The position numbers were made by a program, and so were the translations under genes. 41,300 nt of DNA from Spirogloea muscicola (Eukaryota). The notes beneath the pieces were generated by a model, which did no database searches, was not told where the DNA came from, and saw only the letters and a list, made by a program, of their open reading frames with translations. The stretch spans positions 1,761,194 to 1,802,493 of the forward strand of contig WELB01000002.1 of NCBI GenBank assembly GCA_009602725.1, written 5' to 3'. This document shows, piece by piece, positions 12,658 to 24,239 of the stretch. Every line of letters starts with the position of its first letter. The stretch's first letter is position 1.

Positions 12658-15120
12658 CTAGCCTGTATCTGCGATCTCTGTGGCAGCGGGAGAGTGAGGC
12701 TGCGGAGGAGGGGGGGGCAACTCGGGAGCAGTCGGGAAGAGGGCGGGGTGGGAGGAGGGCAGTGGCTCTGAGTTCCCTGCTGGTGGCGGCGGCGGCTTCA
12801 TCGTCTGCACACCAGTGATGGGTGCACGGACATAGAGCTGCCCGTGCAGTGTGACGACTGCTGACGTGGCCTGGGCGTCGATTGGGCATGGCAGGAGGAT
12901 GACCTGCGGCACACCACCAGGTCTTGCATGCGTCAGTACACAGCGGCGGCTGGCAAGGGCAGAGGGTGGTCCAGTGACGAGGGCCCATAGTCATGGTGGC
13001 CGACCTTGCGGAAGGCGGTCACGCCCCATGGGTTGTTGGGGTGCTCCGGTTCCCCAGCAATCACCAGCCGGCCGCCAACCTCGCACTCCACCCGCACCTG
13101 TGCAAGTAACGGGCGGCCGCCATTGCCGGTGCCGCTGGTCGGTGACAGGCCGTTGGAGTCGCACGTGCAGCACCAAGCAACTCGGGTGCTGGCTGCAGCT
13201 ACGGTTGCCCAAGCTGCTGGTGCACAGAGCAGAGGAGAGGGAATTGCAGGGCAGAGCGAAGCGCACCTCCTCGCGCAGGAGGCCTGGGACGAGCGCATAT
13301 ATCTCAAAACATTCTGGCTGCAGAGACCATGTCAAGGCGGAGGGCGTCATGTGCTGCTCTTCCCATTTGATCTATGGCCTTCATGCCTCCTTCCTCCCTC
13401 CTATTCTTGTGGCAGCAAACGCTTGAGGCCAATGGATCATCTCGCTACTTCCTCCCACCTCCCACTTGCAGCCCCCGCCTCTATAGAGGCAGAGAGATTG
13501 GCAGTCTCCTGGAGAAGGCAAACGAAGGAGGGCTCACCGTCTTGCGCACGTTGATCTTCACCCAGTCAGCGGCGCCAGCCTCGTCACTGACCAGCGCCGC
13601 TCCCTCCTGGATGCCGCCGCCGTTGGTCGCATCTGCCGCTGCAGCTGCCGCAGCCGGCAAAGGGGGCATCGCTGGACGACCGGGCTTATCAAGTCTGCCG
13701 GGCTGGCTGTCCTCGTCCGACGACCCAACGGCAGCTGGCAACAGCGGCGGTCGGCCCCCGTTGCCCAGCCCGTTGGGCAAGGCCTCGCTGTGCGCCGGCG
13801 GCACAGGCTCCTCGGCGCCCGAGCACTGCTCGCCACCGTCGTCGCCGTCCTCCTCCTCCTTCTTGGCCCGCTTGCCGCCACCGGCCTTCCGCCCTCCTCC
13901 TGGCGAAGCGGACTGCAAACCGTCCCGCAGCCCCACCACCGGCCGCTTGCCTCCGCCCCCGCCCTTGGCCTGCAGGCAAGCGAGCCTCAGGAACATGGTC
14001 ACTGGGGGCGAGCGCCAAACAGGAGGGAGGAGAGAGGAAGAAGGGAGGAGGCAGCCGAGCACCTGCGTGCCTTCAGGCCGGCCGGACGTCGCCGCTGAAG
14101 TGCTCGCCACCGTCTCCCGCTCGTAGTCGAGCAGTGACTGGGCCACGCCGGCGAGCAGGCGAAGGATGGTGAGCTCGGGCAGGTCAGCCGGTAACACGTC
14201 CCGCCCGGCGGCGATCGGGAGCGCTCTCTCACCTTCTCATAGAAGCCCCGGAAAGACCACGAGACTGTGGTGCAGGACCTGCATTACAATGGCACCATCA
14301 AGAAGGCGGAAAGGAGACGAGCAACGGGTTTGCAACTACGGCGGCCATGGTGACTATGTAGGAGGATCGCTGGCTTCAGGGGGACCAGAGGGAGAGGGGA
14401 GAATGCGGAGACGGAGGAGGAAGAGTGGAAAGGGGGCGGTGGCGCACTTTGGCGGATCGAAGTTGTCGCCGACCACGCGCCAGAGCTTCTTCTGGGTGAC
14501 CTGTGGCAGTGGTCGCCCGTCGCGGGCTGTCGTCAGTGCCGCTGCCGCCGCCCTCCCTGGCTGCTCTCGACCACGTGCGACGAGGACTCACTTGCCGCGG
14601 AAGCTGCTGGCGCAAGCTGCGCAAAGGGCGCCCACCTGCTCCCAGCCGCCGAGGTCGGAAACGACGTTCCACAGCCTGCAGGGCGGCAGGTGCAGTGGGC
14701 GCTCAGCTAACGGTGAGGGAAGCTGGGAGCTCGGAAATGTGGAGGGGGGGAGAATTGAACCACAGTGCCACAATGCAGGGAGCTTGCTCTTATGGAAGCG
14801 GTGGGTGACGGCGGCGGTAACGGCGGCGGGCTTCTCACTTGAAGAGGTCGACTTCGACGCCGTAGAACTTGGGCGTGCGGAGCTCGGCGCCGCGCGCAGC
14901 GAAGGACGAGTGCAGGCCGCGCAGGAAGGCCTCGCGGTCCTGCGCAGGCGCCGGGCAGCGGCCCCCTCCGCCTCCTGAGGCGGCAGCGGCGGCGCCTCGA
15001 CGGTCATGCGAACGTCTCGCAGTGACTCAAGAGACGGCGGGCGCGACGGCGGCAAATGCGGCGGCGGCGGGGGGGGCGGTGGCGGAGGGGCGGACCGGAG
15101 GAGGCGCCCTTGGCCACCAT
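12658..15120 (-). CDS. AT-rich interactive domain protein with C-terminal HSP20/alpha-crystallin-like domain (plant ARID-ACD subfamily)
   Basis: Exons 15096-15120, 14839-14974 (AFLRGLHSSF...PKFYGVEVDLFK), 14636-14675 (LWNVVSDLGGWEQ), 14448-14500 (VTQKKLWRVVGDNFDPPK), 14233-14278 (SCTTVSWSFRGFYEK), 14063-14137 (SLLDYE), 13538-13969 (ADWVKINVRKT), 13267-13317 (CFEIYALVPGLLREE), 13005-13097 (GRLVIAGEPEHPNNPWGVTAFRK), 12658-12903 (TSAVVTLHGQLYVRAP). Motifs match the plant ARID-HSP20 subfamily as I recall it. Confidence 0.93.
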
Positions 15121-15731
15121 GGCCGGCGGCGGCGGCGGCGGCGGCTGCGCCGCTAGGACCCNGCGCGCGCGGCGGCGGGCCCGACTGTGACAAGCCCCAC
15201 AGCAGGGGCTGGGCCGGCCCCCGGGGGAAGGGGGAGGGAGGGAGGGCGGGTCCAGGCGAAGGGCGCACCTCGTAATCCAGTGCGGCGGGCGGGGAGGGAG
15301 GCGGGCAGCTCTCGAAAACGCTCCCATACTTAGAGACGGGGCCAAAGCAGGCCCAGATAACTCCGTGGTTTCCTTCGAGGGGAGCTGGGACGTCGGTATC
15401 GGTGCTCTTTCTCTTTGTACAGCGCTAAGTGTCAGCGGCATGCGGGGCCCCCGCTTTCCCCGGCGCCAAAGTGGCGGCGCCTCCCGATCTGGCGAGGGCT
15501 GCCCGACGGGCAGCCACCGGGCCCCGGCCTCTCCCTCCTCTTGCCGCAGATCATCTGCTTACCAGCCCCCTCGCTCCGGGCACCCCCTCTCCTCCCTCCC
15601 CGCCCCCCACCCAGTCCCTTACTAGGCTCCTCGCCCGCCGCTGGCCCAGCTACCGTTCCCGCCACCTAGCTTAGCAGGCCCTCCCCGCGCTCGCCGCCGC
15701 GATCGCCGCCGCCGCCGCCGCCGCCGGCGGC

Positions 15732-18700
15732 ATGGTCGCGAGCCGGGGGAGGAAGCGGAGGGCCGCCGAGGCCGACGAGGATGCTGCCGCCGGCGGCGGC
15801 CAGGGAGGCCGGCGGTCCGCGAGGTCGCCTCGCCTCTGTCGCCCGCCGCGCGCGGTGCCGTCGTCGGAGTGGCCGGCGCCACGGCCAGTCTCCGCGCCGT
15901 GTGGCGCTGATCTTGCCGGTCCTGCGGCGGCTCCGGCTCTGCAGGCTGCGAGCAGGAGGGGTTCTGGCGGCGGCCGACGGCGGAGTGCCAGCCCCAGACT
16001 CGGAGCTGAGGTAGGACTGTCTCCACCTCCGCAACCATGGCGGCTGCGCCGGCAGCTACGAGTGCGCTGCTGCTGCTGGCGAAGACTGCGCTCTGCCGCC
16101 GTCCTCGAGGGCTGCCATGCGGGGTACCCTGTCCGCCCGGGACCTCTTGCCCGCAACACTGGTAGAGGACCGGGGTACAGGTCGCGGGTCCGATTCCTGG
16201 GGCGTGCAAGTCTCGCCGCCGCGGCTCATCGTCCGGCTCGCGGCCGTGCAGGGCGGGGCGCCGGGTGGCCCGCGATGCTGCGCCCGCCGGCGGCGGCGAC
16301 CCGGCGGCGGCTCGCTCTGGTAGCTCTGCTGATCCGGCTGGTCGTCTTGTGCTGCTGGACACGCTGAGACCAGTCTCGCTCTCCATGGTAGCTGGACCCG
16401 GCTGACTGGCAGTCACGCGACCTGCCGTGATGTAGCAGCGGGCGGGGCGCCGGCGGAGGAGGCAGACGCTGGCGAGGTCGCTCGGGCGAGGTCTGGCCTT
16501 GGCCCAGCAGCTCACTGTCTCACCTTCGGCGGGCAACGTCTCTAATACCGCCAGAGCGTGGCCAGTCAGCAATGCCATGCATCTTGACTTGCTTGTCTTG
16601 ACTGTGTATTGCTGCTGACTTGCTGGCGCCGCCAGGTTTCTGGAGATAGCTCGGCGGCGCGCCTCCCACTTTGCGCACTTTACGGGCGACGGGGGCGAGG
16701 CTCGAGGTCGCGACGAGGCAGGCGCCACGCCGGGCGCGGCACCAGCCTCGGAGGAGCGAGAGGAGTGGCCTGGCCCCTTCTCGACCGCCCGGCGGCTGGT
16801 GGCAGGCCGCGCCGCTGCTGCGGCCGCTCGCGAAGATGCAGCGCTGGCAGGTGCACCGCTGTTGTGCCTCATCTCAGCAGAAGAACAAACAATGTCAACT
16901 AAACCACCTGAAAGTCAACGTGAAAGTCAACAACCAACAGAGTCTCAGCTTGGGGTTGACAGTCCATCAGGGTGCAAGAGATTATGTGGCTGCTGGCCTT
17001 CAAATTCAGTCTGTCTCTGTCAAGCGAGTGCGCTGCTTGTGAACTACCTTGACGCTTCCTCGCCGTGCGAGCTGGTTGTCTGTTCTGCACGCAGGCAGAG
17101 ACGGCCAGGAGATAAAGAAGCGGCCGGTGGTGGCCTGGGCTCCGACTCGCGGCCTCGATGACTTGCCGCGACGGCCGCCAGGTCTGAAATAGTCCGGACT
17201 GCAAGAGTTTATTTTAGGTCCTGGGCATGTGGTTGCCTGTGTGCGCCGATCGCAAGTCTAACGCCGTCCCTTGCTAGCCAACTCAAGTATGCTGCAACCG
17301 CAGGCGCACTGCGGTCACTCTTCGAGATGTGCATGGCGCTGCTAGTCACAAATGTGGACTACGTGGAGAGCATGCGTGGCGTCCCTGATGTCGTCCGCCG
17401 CAGGTTGGTGGGACCCAAATGTGCCTGCCGTTGTTGACGCAGGCGCCCCTTGGCAGCGTCGTCGTTGTTGCAGGCGACTGACGGAGCGGCAGCAGCGGCC
17501 TGCGTGCAGATTGGCGGCGGCACTGTGCTCGAGGCGTAAGATGGGTCCCAAGTCACTGGCGCTGCTGTTTGAGGGTGCGCCAACAGAGGTTGCCATTCCC
17601 GACTGCTCGTTCGTCACTGAGGTGGAGCTCACGCACGCCATGGCGCAGTGCTCCACTGACCAGCTGGAGGTGCCGCAACTCAAACCTTCTACTGTCATCT
17701 GACCAATGTGCAATCGCGTAGTGTAGCATATGTAGCATAATAAGCCTTGTTTGCCGAGGCCAAAGGTTTCTTACCGATGCTCTATCGCCCTCAATCGCTG
17801 CCCCCCGCAGGTATTGGAGCTTGGCATGTGTGGGCGCTGCCTCTCAGACCAGGGCCTTGCTGCCACAATCTGCGCCGCCCCGGGGTCCATGCCTCGACTG
17901 GCCTCCCTATCTCTCCGTGGCGGCTACCGGCTCTCTGACGTGGGCCTGCTCAGTATCCTCCGAGCAGCCCCATGTCTGGAATCTGTCGAGCTCCGCCAGT
18001 GCTCGCTCGTCACTGAGGCCGGCATTGATCTCATCGCAGGTTAGCGACCTTGGCCTCGCTCCTTCACTTTGTTAGCAGCAGCGTGCTTGTTGAGAATCTG
18101 TTGCAGTCTGGCTGCTTCACCCTGTGATCCTTGCAATCCTGCCACGCGATGCGGCAGTGAACGCGGGTGATCGACTTGTGAATCTTTCGCTTGAGGACTG
18201 CGGGCAGCTGGATGGCATGAAGCTGGTGGGCGCGCTTGTTCGGCTGCCCAAGCTGCGGCGGCTGGCACTCTCTGGGGTTGCCAACGTATCAGACGTCATT
18301 GTTGAGGCCATTGTTGGCGCGTTAGGGCCCTCTCTCGAGGATTTGAAGCTTGCCAACTGCAGGTGAATTCTGCACTGCCCCTTTAGCTGAGACCTGACAG
18401 CCTATGTTCAAAATCTAATATGCAGCACATTGTACTGCCCCTGCATGATTAGATATTTTGGCTGGACTTCACCTTGTTCACCACAATTCAGCTGTAATTA
18501 TCATTACCATTTGCTTTGCTGCTCGCAGCTAACACCCATCTGCCTGGGAACCTGGGCCATGAAATTTGTCATTGTTTTGCAGCCAGCTGACAGATCGAGC
18601 GATCATGGCGATCGGCAATGGCTGCCCGAGCCTGGCCAGCTTGCAGCTCGACCACCTCACGCTGCTCTCAGACGAGGCCCTGCGGAGCATTGCAGATGGG

Positions 18701-19557
18701 TGTCGGCACCTCAGGGCCTTCTCTGCCAGGCGCTGCCGCTTCTCGGATGAGGCCATTGCGGCATTTGTCACTGCGTCAGGCGGGCATCTGCGGGACCTAT
18801 CGCTAAACAGCTGCCGGCAGGTACGGTGTTCGTGCTGAAATTTAGGTGCTGACAGCAGTATAGTCAGCTTCATTGACCTGCACTCCTCCTGCTTCTGAAA
18901 TGCTGAGTGCTCAAGGTAACACTTGTTCAACTTTGGATGGCATGTCCCTTGCCAGGCGTCGGACCTCACACTTGTGGCTCTAGCGACGCATGCAAAGGGC
19001 TCCCTGGAGAGGTTGGACCTGTCGTGGTGCCGCGATGTGTCAGACGAGGCGCTTGGCCTGCTTGCGGACAGCTGTCCCCTGCTCCGTCGCCTCAACCTTT
19101 TCGGCTGCTCACAGGTCCGCAGACAGTTCTCCTTGCTGCTAGTCCCAAGCTCTCCTGCAGCAGCCTTGGCCTTGGCCCTGGTCCTTGTGGGGTAATCCGA
19201 GAAGCACTGAATAGCGTCCTTCGGGTTTGGCAAGACGCCTCATATGAGCCTCTGATACCCTCATTGCTTGTCTTCATTTGTCTCGTAGACATTTTGAAAG
19301 GCTAACACCCTAGTCATGAAAACAAAAGCCAGGCAACTGGCTGTCAATGTCGAAGTCAAGCAATGCATGTTAGCTATGATCAGGCCACTTTCAGTCGTTT
19401 AGTGCTGATGGAACCTTCTAAATCTCTACTTGAGCAATTACTTTGTGGCTGCTCATTGTCCAGCGTGCCTTCCTTGCAGGTGTCAAAGACCTTCCTGATC
19501 GGACACAGCAATGACAGTCTCACTGTGGCAGGCCGAGGGGATGAGATCATTGCGTAG
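15732..19557 (+). CDS. RAD7: Rad7/Rhp7-like leucine-rich repeat (RNI-like) DNA repair protein
   Basis: Exons 15732-16010, 16436-16476, 16636-16850 (RFLEIARRRASHFAHF...EEWPGPFSTA, Rad7-family motif), 17095-17181, 17304-17403 (SLFEMCMALL), 17510-17669, 17811-18039, 18158-18362, 18583-18820, 18956-19114 (LERLDLSWCRDVSDEALGLLADSCPLLRRLNLFGCSQ), 19480-19557 (VSKTFLIGHSN). Many Cys-containing LRRs. Confidence 0.85.
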
Positions 19558-19968
19558 TTCACGATGGCGTGCATGCACTGCCTATGAAAGTGTTAGCAGT
19601 TAAGCTGCTTCATTGGGGCGCCTCAATGTGTGAGAGCTACCCAAAGCTGCCAGCAAAGTTGCAATCTGAGTAAGTAAGCCGACAATTGCCGACAAGCTTG
19701 AGCGTGGCAGTAATGTGGAGGGCCATTGGCCTAAATTGTAGAGGATGTACCCTCAAATTATGTCTCCCAAGTCCAAAAAGAACAAAAGAAGTGAATAAGT
19801 CTAACGTCTCAGCACCTCCGTGGCCACAATGTGTGACAAGGGGTGCAATAGCTGTCCAACCGCAGCTAGATAAGCAAGATAAGCAAGCATACGAGGCAGC
19901 CTGGCGTCCCGAGATCCTTGTGCATGATACTGTGGCCTAGTGTGCAACCATAAAACTCAATTAAACCC

Positions 19969-22900
19969 TCAATAGAACCAGGTTGTGCCACCACCATTCG
20001 CTACTGCCCCGGTGACATTGAAGCCCTTGAGGTAAAAAGTAATTGGATCCGTGGGGCCGGCCTGCGGCCCCACTATAGCACGCGGGCAGGATCGGAAGGA
20101 GGCGAAATCTGCAAGGATTGGCGAGGTCGGTAGGAGGCCGAAGTCGCCATTGGCAGGGTCAGCAAAGCCGACTTCCGCTGCAATGGGGTCAGCGCCGGGG
20201 TACACCTTGGTCGTGAATGAGTTGAGAGTGGACACATTGGAAATATTTTGGCACCCCGACCAAATACCGCCAGGGATTGCCAGCGGGAAAGGAGAAGCCA
20301 CGAATGCACCCTACAAGGCAGAGGGCAGTCTCAGATGCCGCACTTATTCTTCAAGGGACGTACTCAGCAATGTGAATGTGGAGCAGAGGTGATTGCTTTT
20401 GCAGCTTCACAATCTGTGAAAGTTAGTGTGTTGCATTGCTTGTTACTGTCTCCCTCCAGCAGAATAAAGCAGAGAGCGAGAGGCGCACGGCTACCTGGAC
20501 AACATTGCTGGTTGGGATCCCGCTGCACTTGGCCGTTATGGAGGCCGTGGCATTAGCCTGCTCAGGCGGGTTGCAAGCCACGCCGTTGACGGATGTCTCC
20601 TGGCAGATCTGGCTCATCCACGGATAACGCTGCACAGGCACATGAGGAAGTCGACCATCTCAGAGGCTTGACCTTGCAGTTCCCTTGGCACGTGGTCGAG
20701 AGTGAGCACCACGGATGAGCGAGGCAGTAGTAGGATATATATAGGATATATATTGATCTATATACAAACAAATAATATATATATATAAGACACGATAGAA
20801 TCCAAGGTCTGAGGCTTGAGATACAAAGAGGCAGTCCCCACCACTTTGACCGCTGGGGCGTTCAGCTTCATGATGCGGCCGGCCTCCCAGAAGCTCCCGG
20901 GGTCGTTGGCGCAGTTGTTGAGGTAGTAGAGCTGGCAGCTCAGCGTGCTGCCCTGCTTGTTGCCGACCAGCAGCATGCCCGTCACATTGTTGTGCTTCCC
21001 GTTATTCTCCTTGAGGCCGTTCATGTTGTTGACGCACACGAGGCCGTCAACCGTGACCCCGGAGCTCGCGTAGTCGAGGTAGAGGCAGTGCTCGCCACCG
21101 ATGATGTAGTTGCAGGTCAACAAATTGCCTGATCACAAAAGAGGGAATGAGGTATTTAGTGCAGTGCTTGATACAGTACAAGTGACAAATTTCACAAGCT
21201 ATACACACGGTGGGCTCTGTTAACATTGTTTCCGAATACGATTGTTACTTTAACATTGATAATCGTCTCAAGGCAGCTGAATGGGTGTGGATGTCTACTA
21301 TTTGCTGCCTAAGACATCAAGAGAGAAAGCACACCAATCAATCACGCAGTGCCAATTGAGCTGAGGAACGTGTGTGGTCTCACCAGGATTGATCCAGTGG
21401 AGATCAAGGTAAATGCCAGTTGAATCGATTTTGTTCACTTGCCCTGGCGCGGAGTAGACATAGTTGTAGCTCACATTGTTCTGGACAGCTGAACAAGCAC
21501 AACGCCACCTCCCATGCTGCTTCAGCAACCTTCTCCTACTGTGAAAGCTGCTCAGGCAGTACCTAAGGAGCACCCCACGTGCAGTCATGCTCACTGATTC
21601 CAACTTAATTTGCCAGACAGTCGCATGATGCTGCTTACCGTCTGCAACATTGTGCACTCCGTGTCCAACCTGGACACCCGCAAAGAAAAAGTCGTGGAAG
21701 TAGTTGTTGATGACGGTAGTGCCTACGCAGCCAAACTCCAGTATGATACCAAGCGCTGCACCACCAATGTCGCTGTTCGAAACCACGTTGCCCGAGTTGA
21801 GCAGCTTGCTGGCCATCCCACCGGCTCGGATGCGGACATTGTAGTCCTCACGCCTGAGAGTCCTTAGCACCAGAGCGTCAAGCCGGGAGTGGGTGACACC
21901 CAGCATCTCTACTCGTCCATTAATAGTGGCCTGCGAGAGCAAGCACAAGCAGGCAGGTGTCAAGATGGCCAGTCATCGGGCTCCCTTAATGTCCTGTTTC
22001 ATGAAATCTTTGCAAAAATGATTGAGTACACAATGCCCACTGCCAAATTGCAGGAAGGAGAGGTGGTTTGCACCTCGGTCAACTGGATTGCGTAAGAGTA
22101 CGTGATGACCACGGCCGGGCAAAGATAGGGCTCGAGGAGTTTGTTGACCTCCGCTCCAAACACGTCTGCTGTGCAATTTGGCGAGTCCGCTTTGAGGGGC
22201 AGGCTCCAGCTGACTTTGTTCATCAGAATGTTCTTCGCGCTGTCGATTCTAAGTAGGGGCATGTTGACGGATGGCGAGGAAACTGTGACACCATGCGACT
22301 GCCAAAAGCATCAAACTGTGAAAGATAAGGGGTCCATGCAGCGAGAAATTCACATATGTTTTGCCAGCCCTGCTTATGCTCAGTCTACGATTTCCATACT
22401 TGCAAAGGAGTGCAACCTGTCCTTAAGCCAAGCTCGGATAGACATGTACCGGGCGGGACAGAAAGACTGTGCAAGACCAATCACGGTCCATGTACAGTGG
22501 GGACGTCAGCACAATGTCATTCTGCAGCACAAGGGTGATGGCGCGCGTGCTCCGGTAGGTGAGCCTCTTCTGCAGATCGGCAGCCGTGAAGACGTTGATT
22601 GAGATGCCAGTGTAAATGCAGCCTGCACGTTGGATCAGGCCAGGTTACTGAGTGGCAGTAAGTTGCATGGCAAGCAGGCAGGCTGCTGCACAGGAAGTTC
22701 ATCTCCATCCCAGCAAAGCCCCGTGGAGGAGACAGAAGCAGGCCGAGGCGTCGTGCAGCCGCTGACCGACCTGCATTGTGGCCGCCCTTGGCGTGGTGGC
22801 CAACGCCGGCCGGATGCATGCCCACCCCTGGGGGGTGATGGCCACCTGAATCGGTGGCGGCCTCACTTCCTGCATGGGAACGTGTGAGCCAGTCAGACGG

Positions 22901-23446
22901 CAGACTGTCACCAGGCATGAGATCACGTGTGATGGTGACGCCGAGAAGTCGAAGGACAGTCCCGCCGACATGCTGACACGCAGCTTCTGTCTTGCCTAAT
23001 CTGAGCAATGTCACAGTCTCGCTGCTCGCAGCTGTGTGTCGTCTGCAAGCTCCTCGCTTGTGGGACTGTTGAGCCCTCTTCACAAGCGGCGCAGGTGGAC
23101 CAAGCGCGCATGTGGTCGGCTCAGGCCGCCTCAGGCAACACAGCAAGCACCACAGTCTCGCATTCCCTCCGAGCTAGACAGTCACAAGTAGCAGAGCTCT
23201 CTCAGATGTAACGCGTCCCCTGAGCATCGCGTTGTGCTCGACGTGGCAGCTTCAATGCCAGACGTCTGGACGAACCCAAGCCCCGGGGTGCAGCTCCATA
23301 GGAAAGGCGAGGAGCTGACGGCGCCCATGAGGGGGCCAGGCAGTACCTTGCAGATCCTTCGCGACGACGGCGAGCAGCAGGACGAGCATGGCGCAGCGGC
23401 GCCACAGCGAGCAGGAGCCCAGCTGGGCCAGGATGGCGGCGACCAT
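19969..23446 (-). CDS. Secreted right-handed parallel beta-helix (pectin-lyase-fold) protein, putative carbohydrate-active
   Basis: Exon 1 23347-23446 carries signal peptide MLVLLLAVVA; His/Gly-rich exon 22771-22869; exon 22450-22622; further exons with beta-helix strands (GNVVSNSDIGGAALGII...TVINNYFHDFFFAGVQVG; NNVSYNYVY...DSTGIYLD; CLYLDYASSGVTVDG); C-terminal FADPANGDFGLLPTSP; stop at 19969. One junction near 20.63-20.85 kb is not fully resolved. Confidence 0.75.
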
Positions 23447-23791
23447 GGCTTCCGCTGAAGCTTTCAAGCTCCACTTGGGCCGCGGCCGATGCTTCTGATC
23501 CTGCGCTTGCTACTGCAGCCCCGGCCCAGCCCGTGAGCCTCCGATGGCGCAGGAGCCGTGCTGCATGGCTGCTGCCTCTGTCACACCAGCCCCAGTCCTG
23601 CGGTCTATAAATCCGGCCAACGTCGGAGGCCGCTGGTCTCCGACGTCCGCTGGATCCGCCGGCGGCGGATCTGGGGCAATGCAGGTCCCCCTCGGAGGCC
23701 GCGAGCTCCAGGCAGGAGCTGGGTCCTGGTCGCCGCTGCACCGGCGTTGTCGCAGGCTGGCGCTGCAGCCAATGGGCTACTGAGAGATGGG

Positions 23792-23793
<2 letters not shown>

Positions 23794-23831
<38 letters not shown>

Positions 23832-24110
23832 CTTTTCCAGTAGTGGGCGATGGCTGAGAGGGAGCGAGACGGAGAGAGAGAGAGAGAGAGAGAGAGAGCA
23901 GAGAGAGGGCGGTGGAGAGAGCGAGAGGAAGGGAGAGGGAGATGGGGAGCGAGGTGGCGGCTGTGGGAGATGCGACGTAAACTAGTGGCTGCCTGCTCCG
24001 CCTGCCGACTCCACCTGCTGGCCTGCCCTCCCCTCCCTCCCTCCCTCCTCCCTCCTCCCTCTCCCTCCACTCTCTCTCCCTCTCCCCCCCTCCTCCCTCC
24101 CTCCTCCCCG
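23794..24110. repeat. (GA)n microsatellites and (CCCT)n/(CT)n tract upstream of the beta-helix gene
   Basis: (GA)n at ~23794-23830 and ~23872-23910; ccctccctccct... at ~24025-24110. Confidence 0.95.
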
Positions 24111-24239
24111 CGTTGACCAGGCGCGCTGTCCGCGACCGCCGGCGCCTTCGTGGCAGCGGCGCCCGCCCGTCCTCTCACCCACCTCGCCGGGGTCGCCACC
24201 TCGCCCCCGTGTCGCTCAACGGCCTTCTGGCTTCGCCCC

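Noticed and set aside
15622..16872. 416-aa minus-strand ORF, and similar long ORFs at 2620-3501, 9271-10824, 14166-14978, 24731-25639 and 25298-26110
   Set aside because: These are stop-poor GC-rich, microsatellite or N read-through frames, antisense to real exons or inside repeats, with no domain motifs.
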